A stretch of DNA of 33,664 nucleotides, taken from assembly GCA_043804695.1 (NCBI GenBank), contig JAZDIV010000149.1, positions 1 through 33,664 on the forward strand. Reading direction: 5' to 3'. Origin of the DNA: PVC group bacterium (GTDB lineage: Bacteria > Auribacterota > Erginobacteria > Erginobacterales > Erginobacteraceae). The notes below the pieces were generated by a model. It saw only the letters and a list, made by a program, of their open reading frames with translations. It was not told the DNA's origin and ran no database searches. Each line of letters starts with the position of its first letter. Positions within the stretch are counted from its first letter, which is position 1. The position numbers and the translations under genes were made by a program. Shown one piece after another: positions 1 through 8,357 of this stretch.

Positions 1-115
1 TTTCAAACACCCCCCCCCAAAACCCCACCCTGAACCACCCCCCCCCCCCCGCGCGGCGCCGGGGGGGGGAGGGCTGGGGGAGGGGGGATTCACATTTTAG
101 TTTTCAGTCATGATC

Positions 116-136
116 CCACTGGGGTAAACCCGGTGG
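116..136. repeat. REP-like palindrome (CCAC-GGG...CCC-GGTGG family)
   Basis: CCACTGGG-GTAAA-CCCGGTGG; resembles the palindromes flanking the IS (12416-12429, 14849-14862) and the one at ~24955-24973. Confidence 0.5.
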
Positions 137-273
137 TGATCTCCAAAATCTTTTCTCTCGTTTCTTCCCTCAGCCTCAGAACAGAGATTAGACAGAATGA
201 AAAATATTGGCGAAATACAGAATGTTCCAATATTGTAATAGACAGATTTGGTGTGTTTAAAAAGAATAATAAT

Positions 274-2925
274 TTATATAAGACGGTGAAGCTTTTCGAT
301 CAGGGGGGTGAACTCTTTCTCCGAGAAGCAGTAGCGCATCTCTAAGAACCGGCTTCGGAAGGATTTTACCTCCTCCTTAAGGTCCTTATCTTCGACCACA
401 ATATCGTGGATGAGGGCGGCCAGTTCCTGAAAATCACTTTCCGCCATCCCGAAGCGGGTCATCTCGGAGACGCCGAGGCGAAGGCCCCCCGCCGCGGAAA
501 AACCCTCGTCCTGGGGGCGCCCCTGGTAGTTGACGATGATGTTGTTCTCTTCCAGGCGCTTGGCGATCTCCGGTCCCCTGCCGTAACCGACGTTCACCAC
601 CACCTGGTGGGTTTCGGTATAACCGAGTTCCGGATCGCCGGCCACGTCCACCCCGGTCTCCGCCAGTGCCCGGGCGAAGGCCTTGGCATTGGCGACCACC
701 TTTGGCTGGTACTCGTCCTTGAAACGGTTCATCTCGTAGGCCGCCATCAAAAGCCCGAGCATGGTCCCCAGGTGGTGGTTGCTGACCGAGCCCGGGAAGG
801 TCCGGCTGCGGAGGGATTCCCAGAGGGGCCAGCGGTAATCGTCCCGGGCATAATCGGCGGCGACGATCCCCCGCTGGGTGCCGAAGAAGGTTTTGTGGGT
901 GGAGCCGGTGACGAACTCGGCTCCTTCCTTAAACGGCATCTGGAAGTAAGGTCCGATCAGTCCCAGGACGTGGGCCATGTCGTACATGATGACGCTTTCG
1001 GGGGAGAGTTCATCGACCAGCGCCCGGATCTCGGCCACCGGCTCCCGGTAAAGGATGACGGACTTGCCGAGGATGATCAGCTCCGGCCGGTATTCGGCGA
1101 TAATCTCCCGGCAGGCGGCCACGTCGATCATGTAGGGGTTATCGGGCATCACCGGGAAATTAACAACCGCCGGCTTCTCCGTCAGGGGGTCCCGGGCCAC
1201 ATAATCACGGAGCGCCCCCATCGGCTGGGACCTCAGATGGCCGCCCTTCATGATATGGTGGTTCATGACCCGGCGCATCCGCCGGGGCTCGCTTTTGCGG
1301 TCCCCGAAGTTGATCCGGTGGACCATGGCGGAGAAGACCGCGGCGTTGGCCATCTGGCCGCTGATCAGTCGGGTCTCCACCTCCCGGCAGTCGAGATAGA
1401 GCTTGAGCTCTTCCTTCAGAAGTTTCTCCACCCCGCCGATAAAGTCGGCTCCCTGGTAGTAGAAGACCTCGGTCTCCTCGAAAGCCTTGAGGGCTTTATG
1501 CTCCGCGTAGCGGCCGGAAGGATCCATGATCGAGAGCAGCCGGACCATGGGGGACTCGGTCATCTCGGAGGGGATCAGGTTGACGCACTCCCGCTGGCGC
1601 CAGAGGGTATTTTCAATCGCTTGCTCGATCAGGTCCCTGACTTTGCGGGAGACGTTCTTCTCGCGTTCGGCATCTTCATTGTGATAAAGATGATCGTACT
1701 GGATCGGCCGGGCGTAGGGGGGGGCCTCGGCCCGCATGTGATAGGGGACGATCACCCCCTCCGTCCGTTTACCCCGGATCTCGATCTCGATCCGGTCGCC
1801 CGGGCGGAGGTTGCTGTCGAGCAGTGCCAGACCGATGGCCCGCATCTCCTTTTCATCGATCAGGCGGCTTTCCAGACCTTCCCCTTCCCATTTCCACTTG
1901 GGAACCATGGTGCCGCTGGAAATGTATCCGACCGGCTTTTCGCCGCGATAGACTCTGTCGCCGGCCCGGGCGATCCCCCTTCCCGAGATCGCGACCGGCC
2001 TGGTCATCCGGGGGAGGTCGGCTATCCGTGAATAGTCCCCCTCCTTCCGCATCAGTTTCCGGGCTTCCCACTGCTTGAGGAGGGCTTCTTTCCCGATGAA
2101 GTCTCCCTTCAGGGGCGAAAAGCTGACCGCGACATTGGCCAGCCCCGCGGCAAAGATAGGGATCTCCCGGCCGTCCGGGTCGATCCCGAACTCATGGCCG
2201 TAAAGGGGCAGCGCCGCCTCCAGCCGGAGGGTGTCCCGGGCTCCCAGGGCGATCGGGACGGCCCCCTTCTCGATCAGGAGGTCCCAGATTTTCAGCCCGT
2301 CATCCCGTTGAATGAAAAGTTCGAAACAGACCGGCTCTCCCGTGTAGCCGGTCCGGGCCACCAGGATGTCGGCCCCGGCGATGGTTATCCGGGAGAGGCA
2401 GTTACGCATCGGCTCGGGGAGGCGGTCGTCCTCGATCAGCTCCAGGAGTATTTTCTTGGAGAGGGGACCCTGGAGGCTGAGCATCGCCAGTTCTTCCGTC
2501 CGGTCGGTGAGTTCGACGTCCGTAAAACCGGGGAGGATGGCCTGAAAATGTTCCCAGTCCTTAATCCGGTTGGAGGCGTTCACCACCAGCAGGTATTCAT
2601 CTTCGAAAAATCGGTAAAGATAGGCGTCGTCGATCGCGCCGCCCTCCCGGTTGGGGATGATCGTGTACTGGCTTTCTCCCGGATCGAGGGCCGCCGCGTT
2701 ATTTGTCAGGACGTGCTGGAGAAACCGGAGTGCCCCGCTACCCCGGAATATAAAACGCCCCATGTGGGAGACATCGAATAAACCGGCTCCCCTCCGGGTG
2801 GCCAGGTGCTCCTGAACGATGCCGCCCGGGTACTGGATGGGCATCTCCCAGCCCCCGAACTCCACGATCTTGGCCCCGGCTTCAACGTGCTTGTCGAAAA
2901 AGACGGTCCTCAACAATTCATTCAT
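274..2925 (-). CDS. gcvT-glyA: Fused glycine cleavage T-protein (aminomethyltransferase) / serine hydroxymethyltransferase
   Basis: N-half has GcvT motifs (FGGWEMPIQY, GLFDVSHMG, RTGYTGE, LGARDTLRLEA). C-half has SHMT motifs (NLIPSE, YDMAHVLGLI, PLP-Lys motif TGSTHKTFFG, GLRLGVSEMTRFG). One continuous 883-aa frame; GGAGG upstream. Confidence 0.93.
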   Translation of the reverse strand: MNELLRTVFFDKHVEAGAKIVEFGGWEMPIQYPGGIVQEHLATRRGAGLFDVSHMGRFIFRGSGALRFLQHVLTNNAAALDPGESQYTIIPNREGGAIDDAYLYRFFEDEYLLVVNASNRIKDWEHFQAILPGFTDVELTDRTEELAMLSLQGPLSKKILLELIEDDRLPEPMRNCLSRITIAGADILVARTGYTGEPVCFELFIQRDDGLKIWDLLIEKGAVPIALGARDTLRLEAALPLYGHEFGIDPDGREIPIFAAGLANVAVSFSPLKGDFIGKEALLKQWEARKLMRKEGDYSRIADLPRMTRPVAISGRGIARAGDRVYRGEKPVGYISSGTMVPKWKWEGEGLESRLIDEKEMRAIGLALLDSNLRPGDRIEIEIRGKRTEGVIVPYHMRAEAPPYARPIQYDHLYHNEDAEREKNVSRKVRDLIEQAIENTLWRQRECVNLIPSEMTESPMVRLLSIMDPSGRYAEHKALKAFEETEVFYYQGADFIGGVEKLLKEELKLYLDCREVETRLISGQMANAAVFSAMVHRINFGDRKSEPRRMRRVMNHHIMKGGHLRSQPMGALRDYVARDPLTEKPAVVNFPVMPDNPYMIDVAACREIIAEYRPELIILGKSVILYREPVAEIRALVDELSPESVIMYDMAHVLGLIGPYFQMPFKEGAEFVTGSTHKTFFGTQRGIVAADYARDDYRWPLWESLRSRTFPGSVSNHHLGTMLGLLMAAYEMNRFKDEYQPKVVANAKAFARALAETGVDVAGDPELGYTETHQVVVNVGYGRGPEIAKRLEENNIIVNYQGRPQDEGFSAAGGLRLGVSEMTRFGMAESDFQELAALIHDIVVEDKDLKEEVKSFRSRFLEMRYCFSEKEFTPLIEKLHRLI

Positions 2926-2927
2926 AA

Positions 2928-2950
2928 AAAATTTTCCTCCGGAAAATTTT
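2928..2950. promoter_or_regulatory. AT-stem hairpin/palindrome overlapping the gcvT-glyA ribosome-binding site
   Basis: AAAATTTTCC-TCC-GGAAAATTTT, perfect 10-bp arms; on the minus strand the GGAGG lies in the loop and 3' arm. Confidence 0.55.
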
Positions 2951-3023
2951 GCTTATATGATCACTAAATATAAATAATTTTACGGTTGATTATTGGTTAT
3001 ATATTTACATATAGTGAAACCTT

Positions 3024-3065
3024 AGCGATTGTATGGAACCGTTTTTACGGTTCCATACAATCGCT
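3024..3065. repeat. Perfect 19-bp inverted repeat in the divergent promoter region
   Basis: AGCGATTGTATGGAACCGT-TTTT-ACGGTTCCATACAATCGCT. Confidence 0.8.
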
Positions 3066-3186
3066 TAACTTTCATTTAGAATACAACAGAAAGATAGCTT
3101 TTGGCAACGTTCTTTAACCTAAGATTAATGTATAAACAAATGATTTTACATTTTTATTTCCCGGAGGAAAATACAAGGAGACAACA

Positions 3187-4545
3187 GTGGAAAAGACAAG
3201 AAAGAAGCAGGAATTGCGGGACCTGGATCTTCTCTTCAACGCCCGGTCGGTGGCAATTGTCGGCGCTTCCGCAAACCCGGAAAAGCTCGGTTACGAGATC
3301 CTGAACAATCTGATCAACATGGGTTATGAAGGTCCCATTTACCCCATCAACCCCAAGGCGGACGAGATCCTGGGACTGAAGGCGTACCCGTCCCTCTCCG
3401 CCGTGGGGCGGCCGATCGATCTGATCGGGGTAATCGTCCCGGGAAAACTGGCCCCCGGGGTGATCGAGGAGGCGGGGCGCCTGGGTGTAAAGGGTGCCGT
3501 GGTGATATCGGGGGGGTTCCGGGAGATCGGCAACGACGATCTGGAAGCAGCCCTCGTCGCCGCCGCCCGTGCCGGCGGGGTCGGGATCATCGGCCCCAAC
3601 TGTCAGGGGATAAACTATCCGGCCAACAAGCTTTGCATCAGCTGGCCCCTGATCAAGCGCAAGGGCGGACTGGCCCTGATCTCTCAGAGCGGAACCATCG
3701 CGGCCGCCCTGGGCGACCGCGCCGACAAGGAGGGGATCGGGATCGCGGGATTGGTCGCCCTGGGCAACCGCTGCGATATCGACGAATCCGACCTGATCAA
3801 TTTCTTCGGGAACGACCCCAGCACCGACGTCATCGCCGTCTACCTGGAGGGCATCCGGGACGGTGAAAAATTCATGGAGGTGGGGAAGCGCGTTGCCCGG
3901 GAGAAGCCGGTCCTGGTGTTGAAAGGCGGCCGGACCGAGCGGGGACGGAAAGCCGCCGAATCGCACACCAAGTCGATCGCCGGCCGGGGGGAGATCTTCG
4001 ACGCCGCCCTCCGGAAGATCGGGTTCGAAAAGGTTGAGTCGATCGACGAGCTCTACGACTGCGCCAAGGTTCTGGCGGCGGAGAAGAAACGACCCGGGAA
4101 ACGGGTCCAGGTTCTGACCTCTTCGGGCGGGAGCGGCATCGTGGCGGTTGACGTCCTGGAGGAACTGGGATTGGACGCCGCTCCCCTCTCCGCGGCGGCG
4201 AAGAAACGGCTGACCGAAGTTCTCCCCTCGCACTGCGTGGTCGGGAACCCCCTCGACCTGACCGGTGATACCCCGGCCGAACGGTACCAGGAGGCGGTTC
4301 TGGCCCTCTCGGAGGTGGAACCGGGGATCGATCTCTATCTCCTGATCTTCGGCGATCCGATCCCCCGGGCCACGGAAAACTGCCTGGAGATGAAGAAAGC
4401 GGTGGCCGCGCCGATCATCGCCTGTTACATCGGGGGAGGCGAGGTGGAGGAGGTCGAGTTTCCGAAGATGAACGGGAGCGGTATCCCGACCTTCCCCACC
4501 CCGGACCGCGCCGCCCGCGCCGCCCGCTCGATTCTCACCGGCTGA
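3187..4545 (+). CDS. acdA: ADP-forming acetate/acyl-CoA ligase alpha subunit (CoA-binding)
   Basis: SVAIVGAS, IYPINPK, IIGPNCQG, ISQSG, phospho-His motif AESHTKSIAG, NPLDLTGD; AGGAG before a GTG start. Confidence 0.88.
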   Translation: MEKTRKKQELRDLDLLFNARSVAIVGASANPEKLGYEILNNLINMGYEGPIYPINPKADEILGLKAYPSLSAVGRPIDLIGVIVPGKLAPGVIEEAGRLGVKGAVVISGGFREIGNDDLEAALVAAARAGGVGIIGPNCQGINYPANKLCISWPLIKRKGGLALISQSGTIAAALGDRADKEGIGIAGLVALGNRCDIDESDLINFFGNDPSTDVIAVYLEGIRDGEKFMEVGKRVAREKPVLVLKGGRTERGRKAAESHTKSIAGRGEIFDAALRKIGFEKVESIDELYDCAKVLAAEKKRPGKRVQVLTSSGGSGIVAVDVLEELGLDAAPLSAAAKKRLTEVLPSHCVVGNPLDLTGDTPAERYQEAVLALSEVEPGIDLYLLIFGDPIPRATENCLEMKKAVAAPIIACYIGGGEVEEVEFPKMNGSGIPTFPTPDRAARAARSILTG

Positions 4546-4565
4546 GGCTTCCCAAAAAGAAATAG

Positions 4566-4636
4566 CCACCAAGTCACCAAGGCACGAAGAAATGAAATAT
4601 CCGGAGTGATGGAATACTGGAGTGATGGAGTGGTGG
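4566..4636. repeat. Short-unit intergenic repeats (CACCAAGN octamers, then GGAGTGAT octamers)
   Basis: CCACCAAGTCACCAAGGCACGAAG (4566-4589) matches the arms of the 6827-6913 element; GGAGTGATGGAATACTGGAGTGATGGAGTGGTGG matches the 20876-20975 element. Confidence 0.7.
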
Positions 4637-4817
4637 AAGCGGCTCATCCCGACTCATTGGGCGATGGCCCCCGTTCTTAACTCCACTACCTCAGATTATT
4701 TATCCAGGTATTTCGTACTTCGCATGAGGAAAGAGCCCGTTTGATAAAAAAAGGGTGATATATCGGACAGGATATTATATCTTTCTAATCTTTAAAATAT
4801 GGACAGTTGTTCAAAAC

Positions 4818-4842
4818 TAAAATTTTTCGAAGAAAAATTTTA
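4818..4842. promoter_or_regulatory. AT-stem hairpin with C-GAA-G loop just upstream of the iorA RBS
   Basis: TAAAATTTTTC-GAA-GAAAAATTTTA, perfect 11-bp arms, followed directly by AAGGAG. Confidence 0.55.
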
Positions 4843-4857
4843 AAGGAGAAGTGAAGC

Positions 4858-6819
4858 ATGAGTAAAGTCGGAAAAGATGCAGCCGGGCTGAAGACCTTGC
4901 TGATGGGCAATGAGGCGATCGCCCGGGGGGCGGTCGAGGCGGGGGTTGAAGTCGGGGTCGGATATCCGGGGACGCCGTCCACCGAGGTGGGGGAGGTCCT
5001 GGGCGAGCTGGCGCCGGAACTGGGGTTCTATTTTGAATGGAGCCTGAACGAAAAAGTGGCCATCGACGTCGCCTCCGGGGCCTCTCTTTCCGGCGCCCGG
5101 ACCATGGTGATGATGAAGAACGCCGGCCTGAACGTGGCCATGGACACCTTCGCCACCCTTCCCTACACCGGGACGAGGGGGGGGCTGGTTATCGTGGTCG
5201 CCGACGATCCCGGCGCCCACTACTCATCCACCGAGCAGGACACCCGTTCGCTTGCTCAGTACGCCGAAATGCCCTGCCTGGAGCCGAAAGACCAGCAGCA
5301 GGCCAAGGACATGTCCGCCGCCGCCTTCGATCTGTCCGAGAAGATGGAAATGCCGATCTTCCTGCGGTCGGTGACCCGGCTTTCCCATGCTTCCGGCGAC
5401 GTTGTCTTCGGTGAGATCGGGAAGGCCCTCCTGGAAGTCGGCTGGAACAAGCACTGGGAACTCCCCTTCCGGTGGGCGGTTTACGGACCACCGGAGGGCG
5501 CTGCCGGGCGGCATGGATGGCTGAAGAAGAAATACCCCGAATTCCTGGCCGCGTCAGAAGCGTCTCCGTTCAACAACCTCCGGATCAACCCGGAGAGTAC
5601 TGTCGCGATCGTCTCCTCCGGCGTGGCCACCTCCTATGTGAACGATGCCCTGACCGCGCTGAAGAAGAAAGGCTCCTGCAGCGTTCTCGAGATCGGTTTT
5701 GTCTACCCGGCGCCGGTGGAGAAGATGAAACAGATCCTGTCCGCCGCCGAGACGATTCTGGTGGTCGAGGAAGGGAACCCGATGCTGGAGAACAGGTTGA
5801 AAGAACTGGCCTCTGACCTCGGCCTGAAAAAGAAGATTATCGGCCGCGGCTCGAACGCGGTGATGCCGACCTTCAGCGAGCTCAACCCCGATTTGGTGAT
5901 CAAGGCGGTGGCCGCCGTCCTGGATGTTGAGCCGCCCGCCGTTACCCAGGATGAAAAGGCGCTGAAGAGGGCGAAGGAGCTTACCGTTCCCCGCTCATCC
6001 GCCCTTTGCGCCGGCTGCCCGCACCTGGGCAGTTACGCGGCACTGGCCCAGATCATGAAGAAGCGCGGCAAGGAGCTGATTATCGTCAACGGCGACATCG
6101 GCTGCTACGAGCAGGGGGGCTACGGTATGGCCGCCCAGGTGATCACCCCCACCGGCGACGCGACCAAGAAGTACCCGGTCTCCTCTCCCTACGAGATCCT
6201 GGACACCACCTATGTGATGGGTTCGGGGATCGGCCAGGCGATCGGCCAGCGCCGCGCCATGGGGGATGACCAGAGTAAAAAAGTCGCCGCGGTGGCCGGT
6301 GATTCCACCTTCTTCCACGCCTGCCTGCCGGCCATTGCCGACGCCTCTCTCTACAATACCGATATCACTTTCCTGGTGCTTGACAACTCCTGGACCTGCA
6401 TGACCGGCCACCAGCCGAGCCCCCGGTCCCACGTCGACGGGATGGGGGAAAAGATCGGCACGCTGGACATCGCCGCCATCTGCCGGGCGATGGGGGTCAA
6501 ATGCCTCAAGACCGCCGACGCCTACAACCTGGAAGAAGCGGCGGACGCCATCGACGAGGCGATCGGCTTCCCGGGCTTCGCGGTGGTGATTTTGACCGGG
6601 GAGTGCATGCTCCAGGTCATCCGGAGAGAGGGCGCCCGTAAGCCGAAGACCCATGTCCTGAAGGACATCTGCATCGGCTGCAAGGCCTGTGTTCGGGTCG
6701 GTTGCCCGGCCACCCTTTTTGACCCGGAAGAGAAGAAGGCCGGGATCGATCCGCTCCTCTGCGTTGACTGCGGGATCTGCACCCAGGTCTGCCCGGTAGA
6801 CGCGATTGTAACGGAATAA
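4858..6819 (+). CDS. iorA: Indolepyruvate/2-oxoacid:ferredoxin oxidoreductase alpha subunit
   Basis: LLMGNEAIARGA, GYPGTPSTE, EWSLNEKVA, CAGCPH, GDIGCY, TPP motif GDSTFFH...LDN...MTGHQP, two C-terminal ferredoxin motifs (CIGCKAC...CP, CVDCGIC...CP). Confidence 0.92.
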   Translation: MSKVGKDAAGLKTLLMGNEAIARGAVEAGVEVGVGYPGTPSTEVGEVLGELAPELGFYFEWSLNEKVAIDVASGASLSGARTMVMMKNAGLNVAMDTFATLPYTGTRGGLVIVVADDPGAHYSSTEQDTRSLAQYAEMPCLEPKDQQQAKDMSAAAFDLSEKMEMPIFLRSVTRLSHASGDVVFGEIGKALLEVGWNKHWELPFRWAVYGPPEGAAGRHGWLKKKYPEFLAASEASPFNNLRINPESTVAIVSSGVATSYVNDALTALKKKGSCSVLEIGFVYPAPVEKMKQILSAAETILVVEEGNPMLENRLKELASDLGLKKKIIGRGSNAVMPTFSELNPDLVIKAVAAVLDVEPPAVTQDEKALKRAKELTVPRSSALCAGCPHLGSYAALAQIMKKRGKELIIVNGDIGCYEQGGYGMAAQVITPTGDATKKYPVSSPYEILDTTYVMGSGIGQAIGQRRAMGDDQSKKVAAVAGDSTFFHACLPAIADASLYNTDITFLVLDNSWTCMTGHQPSPRSHVDGMGEKIGTLDIAAICRAMGVKCLKTADAYNLEEAADAIDEAIGFPGFAVVILTGECMLQVIRREGARKPKTHVLKDICIGCKACVRVGCPATLFDPEEKKAGIDPLLCVDCGICTQVCPVDAIVTE

Positions 6820-6826
6820 ACTATAA

Positions 6827-6913
6827 CCACTAAGACACGAAGACACAAAGAAGATTGGAAAAGGATTATAGATAGATATCGTATTTAACCTTGGTGACTT
6901 GGTGTCTTAGTGG
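6827..6913. repeat. Small inverted-repeat element built from CAC(C/G/T)AAGN octamers
   Basis: Left arm CCACTAAGACACGAAGACACAAAG (6827-6850) vs reverse complement of 6890-6913 CCACTAAGACACCAAGTCACCAAG, 21/24 identical, AT-rich core. Confidence 0.75.
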
Positions 6914-6938
6914 CGAAAAAATATCAGGAGAGACTGAC

Positions 6939-7538
6939 ATGGATTTAAACGTAATAATCTGCGGAGTAGGCGGACAGGGAAGCGTGAGAGCCTCCCATAT
7001 TCTGGCCGAGGCGGCCATCAATGCCGGTCAGCAGGCGCGGGTCGGCGAGACTTTTGGCGCGGCGATGCGGGGGGGGAAGGTGAGTTCCCACATCCGGATC
7101 GGCGACGTCTATGGGCCCCTGGTCAGGGAACGCGGCGCCGATATCATTGTCGCCCAGGAACCGCTGGAGGGGCTGCGGGTCGGGCAGAAGTTCGCGAGTC
7201 CCGCCGGGGTGGTGATCTTGAATCCCTCCCCGGTCTATCCGGTCGATGTCTCGACCGGGAACGCGAAGTATCCTCCCATTGATGAAATCGAAGCGGTCCT
7301 GCGCGACCTGGCCGGAACGGTGGCCCTGGTGGACGGAACGACGATCGCGGGCGAGCTGGGCAACCCCCGTTCGATGAATATCGTTATGCTGGGGGCGGCC
7401 TACGGAACCGGCCGGATGTCTTTCGACCGGCAGATCCTGCTCGATGCGATCGCAGCCTCTTTCAAACCCAAATTCAAAGAGATGAACGAGCAAGCCTTTC
7501 TGGCCGGGGAAAAAGCCTACCAGGATGCGGTATCATGA
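6939..7538 (+). CDS. iorB: Indolepyruvate ferredoxin oxidoreductase beta subunit
   Basis: ICGVGGQG, ETFGAAMRGGKVSSHIRIG, NIVMLGA, N..AF..G; start moved to ATG 6939 behind AGGAG. Confidence 0.9.
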   Translation: MDLNVIICGVGGQGSVRASHILAEAAINAGQQARVGETFGAAMRGGKVSSHIRIGDVYGPLVRERGADIIVAQEPLEGLRVGQKFASPAGVVILNPSPVYPVDVSTGNAKYPPIDEIEAVLRDLAGTVALVDGTTIAGELGNPRSMNIVMLGAAYGTGRMSFDRQILLDAIAASFKPKFKEMNEQAFLAGEKAYQDAVS

Positions 7539-8221
7539 ACATCCGGGAGATCATCGCGGAAGCGAAAAAACAGAACCGTTCCCTCCTGGAGCCGGAGGCC
7601 TACGAGCTGTTGGGCGCCTTCGGCGTCCCGGTCCTCGATTACCGTCTGGCCCGGAGCGCTGGTGAGGCCTCGACGATGGCCGGGGAGGTTGGTTTCCCGG
7701 TGGCGATGAAGGTGGTTTCGCCGGACGTCATCCATAAGTCGGATTCGGGCGGCGTGAAACTCGGCGTCGACTCCGCCGCCGCCGCCGCGGAAGCCTTTGC
7801 CGCGATTATGCGGGATGTCGCAAAGGCGGTGGAAGGCGCCCGGATTGAAGGGGTGCTGATCGTCCCGATGGTGAAGGGCGGCGTTGAGGTGATTATGGGG
7901 ATGGTGAGGGATCCCCAGTTCGGTCCCGCCGTTATGTTCGGCCTCGGGGGCATCTTCGTGGAGGTGTTGAAGGACGTGGTCTTCGAGATCGCGCCGGTTG
8001 CAAAAGCCGACGCGGAAAAGATGATCAAGAGCATCAAAGGGTATCCCCTCCTGGCCGGGGCGCGGGGAAGCGCTCCCTGCCGCCTGGAATCCCTGGTCGA
8101 TATCATTACCGGGGTGTCACGTCTTGCCCTGGAACTTCCGGAAGTAAAGGAGATCGATCTCAACCCTGTCCTGGCAGCGCCGGATAGAAGCCTCGTTCTT
8201 GACGCCCGGATACTGCTCTGA
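7535..8221 (+). CDS. acdB: ADP-forming acetate/acyl-CoA ligase beta subunit (ATP-grasp)
   Basis: LLEPEAYELL, GFPVAMKVVSPDVIHKSDSGGV, DPQFGPAVMFGLGGIFVEV, EIDLNPV, DARI; ATGA overlap with the iorB stop. Confidence 0.9.
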   Translation: MNIREIIAEAKKQNRSLLEPEAYELLGAFGVPVLDYRLARSAGEASTMAGEVGFPVAMKVVSPDVIHKSDSGGVKLGVDSAAAAAEAFAAIMRDVAKAVEGARIEGVLIVPMVKGGVEVIMGMVRDPQFGPAVMFGLGGIFVEVLKDVVFEIAPVAKADAEKMIKSIKGYPLLAGARGSAPCRLESLVDIITGVSRLALELPEVKEIDLNPVLAAPDRSLVLDARILL

Positions 8222-8357
8222 ACTTCCTCGAATCCCGCAAGTTCCGGAATATCCGGGCGGTCGGACAGGTCTGACCGGTCCGACTCGTCCGACTGCCTGA
8301 AAGACGATTCAAGACAGATTCACCAACGAAGCGAACTAATTCAAAAAGGAGAATTTT

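Noticed and set aside
1..90. Poly-C/poly-G tracts resembling a G-quadruplex or telomere-like end
   Set aside because: Low-complexity sequence at the window edge, most likely a read-end or assembly artefact
406..2031. Long antisense ORFs (also 3154-4647, 8160-9665, 17805-19247, 19426-20970, 21402-23123, 26106-27359, 31983-33005)
   Set aside because: Shadows of well-supported genes on the opposite strand in high-GC DNA; no recognisable motifs
2950..3150. Glycine riboswitch upstream of gcvT-glyA
   Set aside because: Region is AT-rich and lacks the conserved GGAGA/CCGAAG/CTCTCAGG elements
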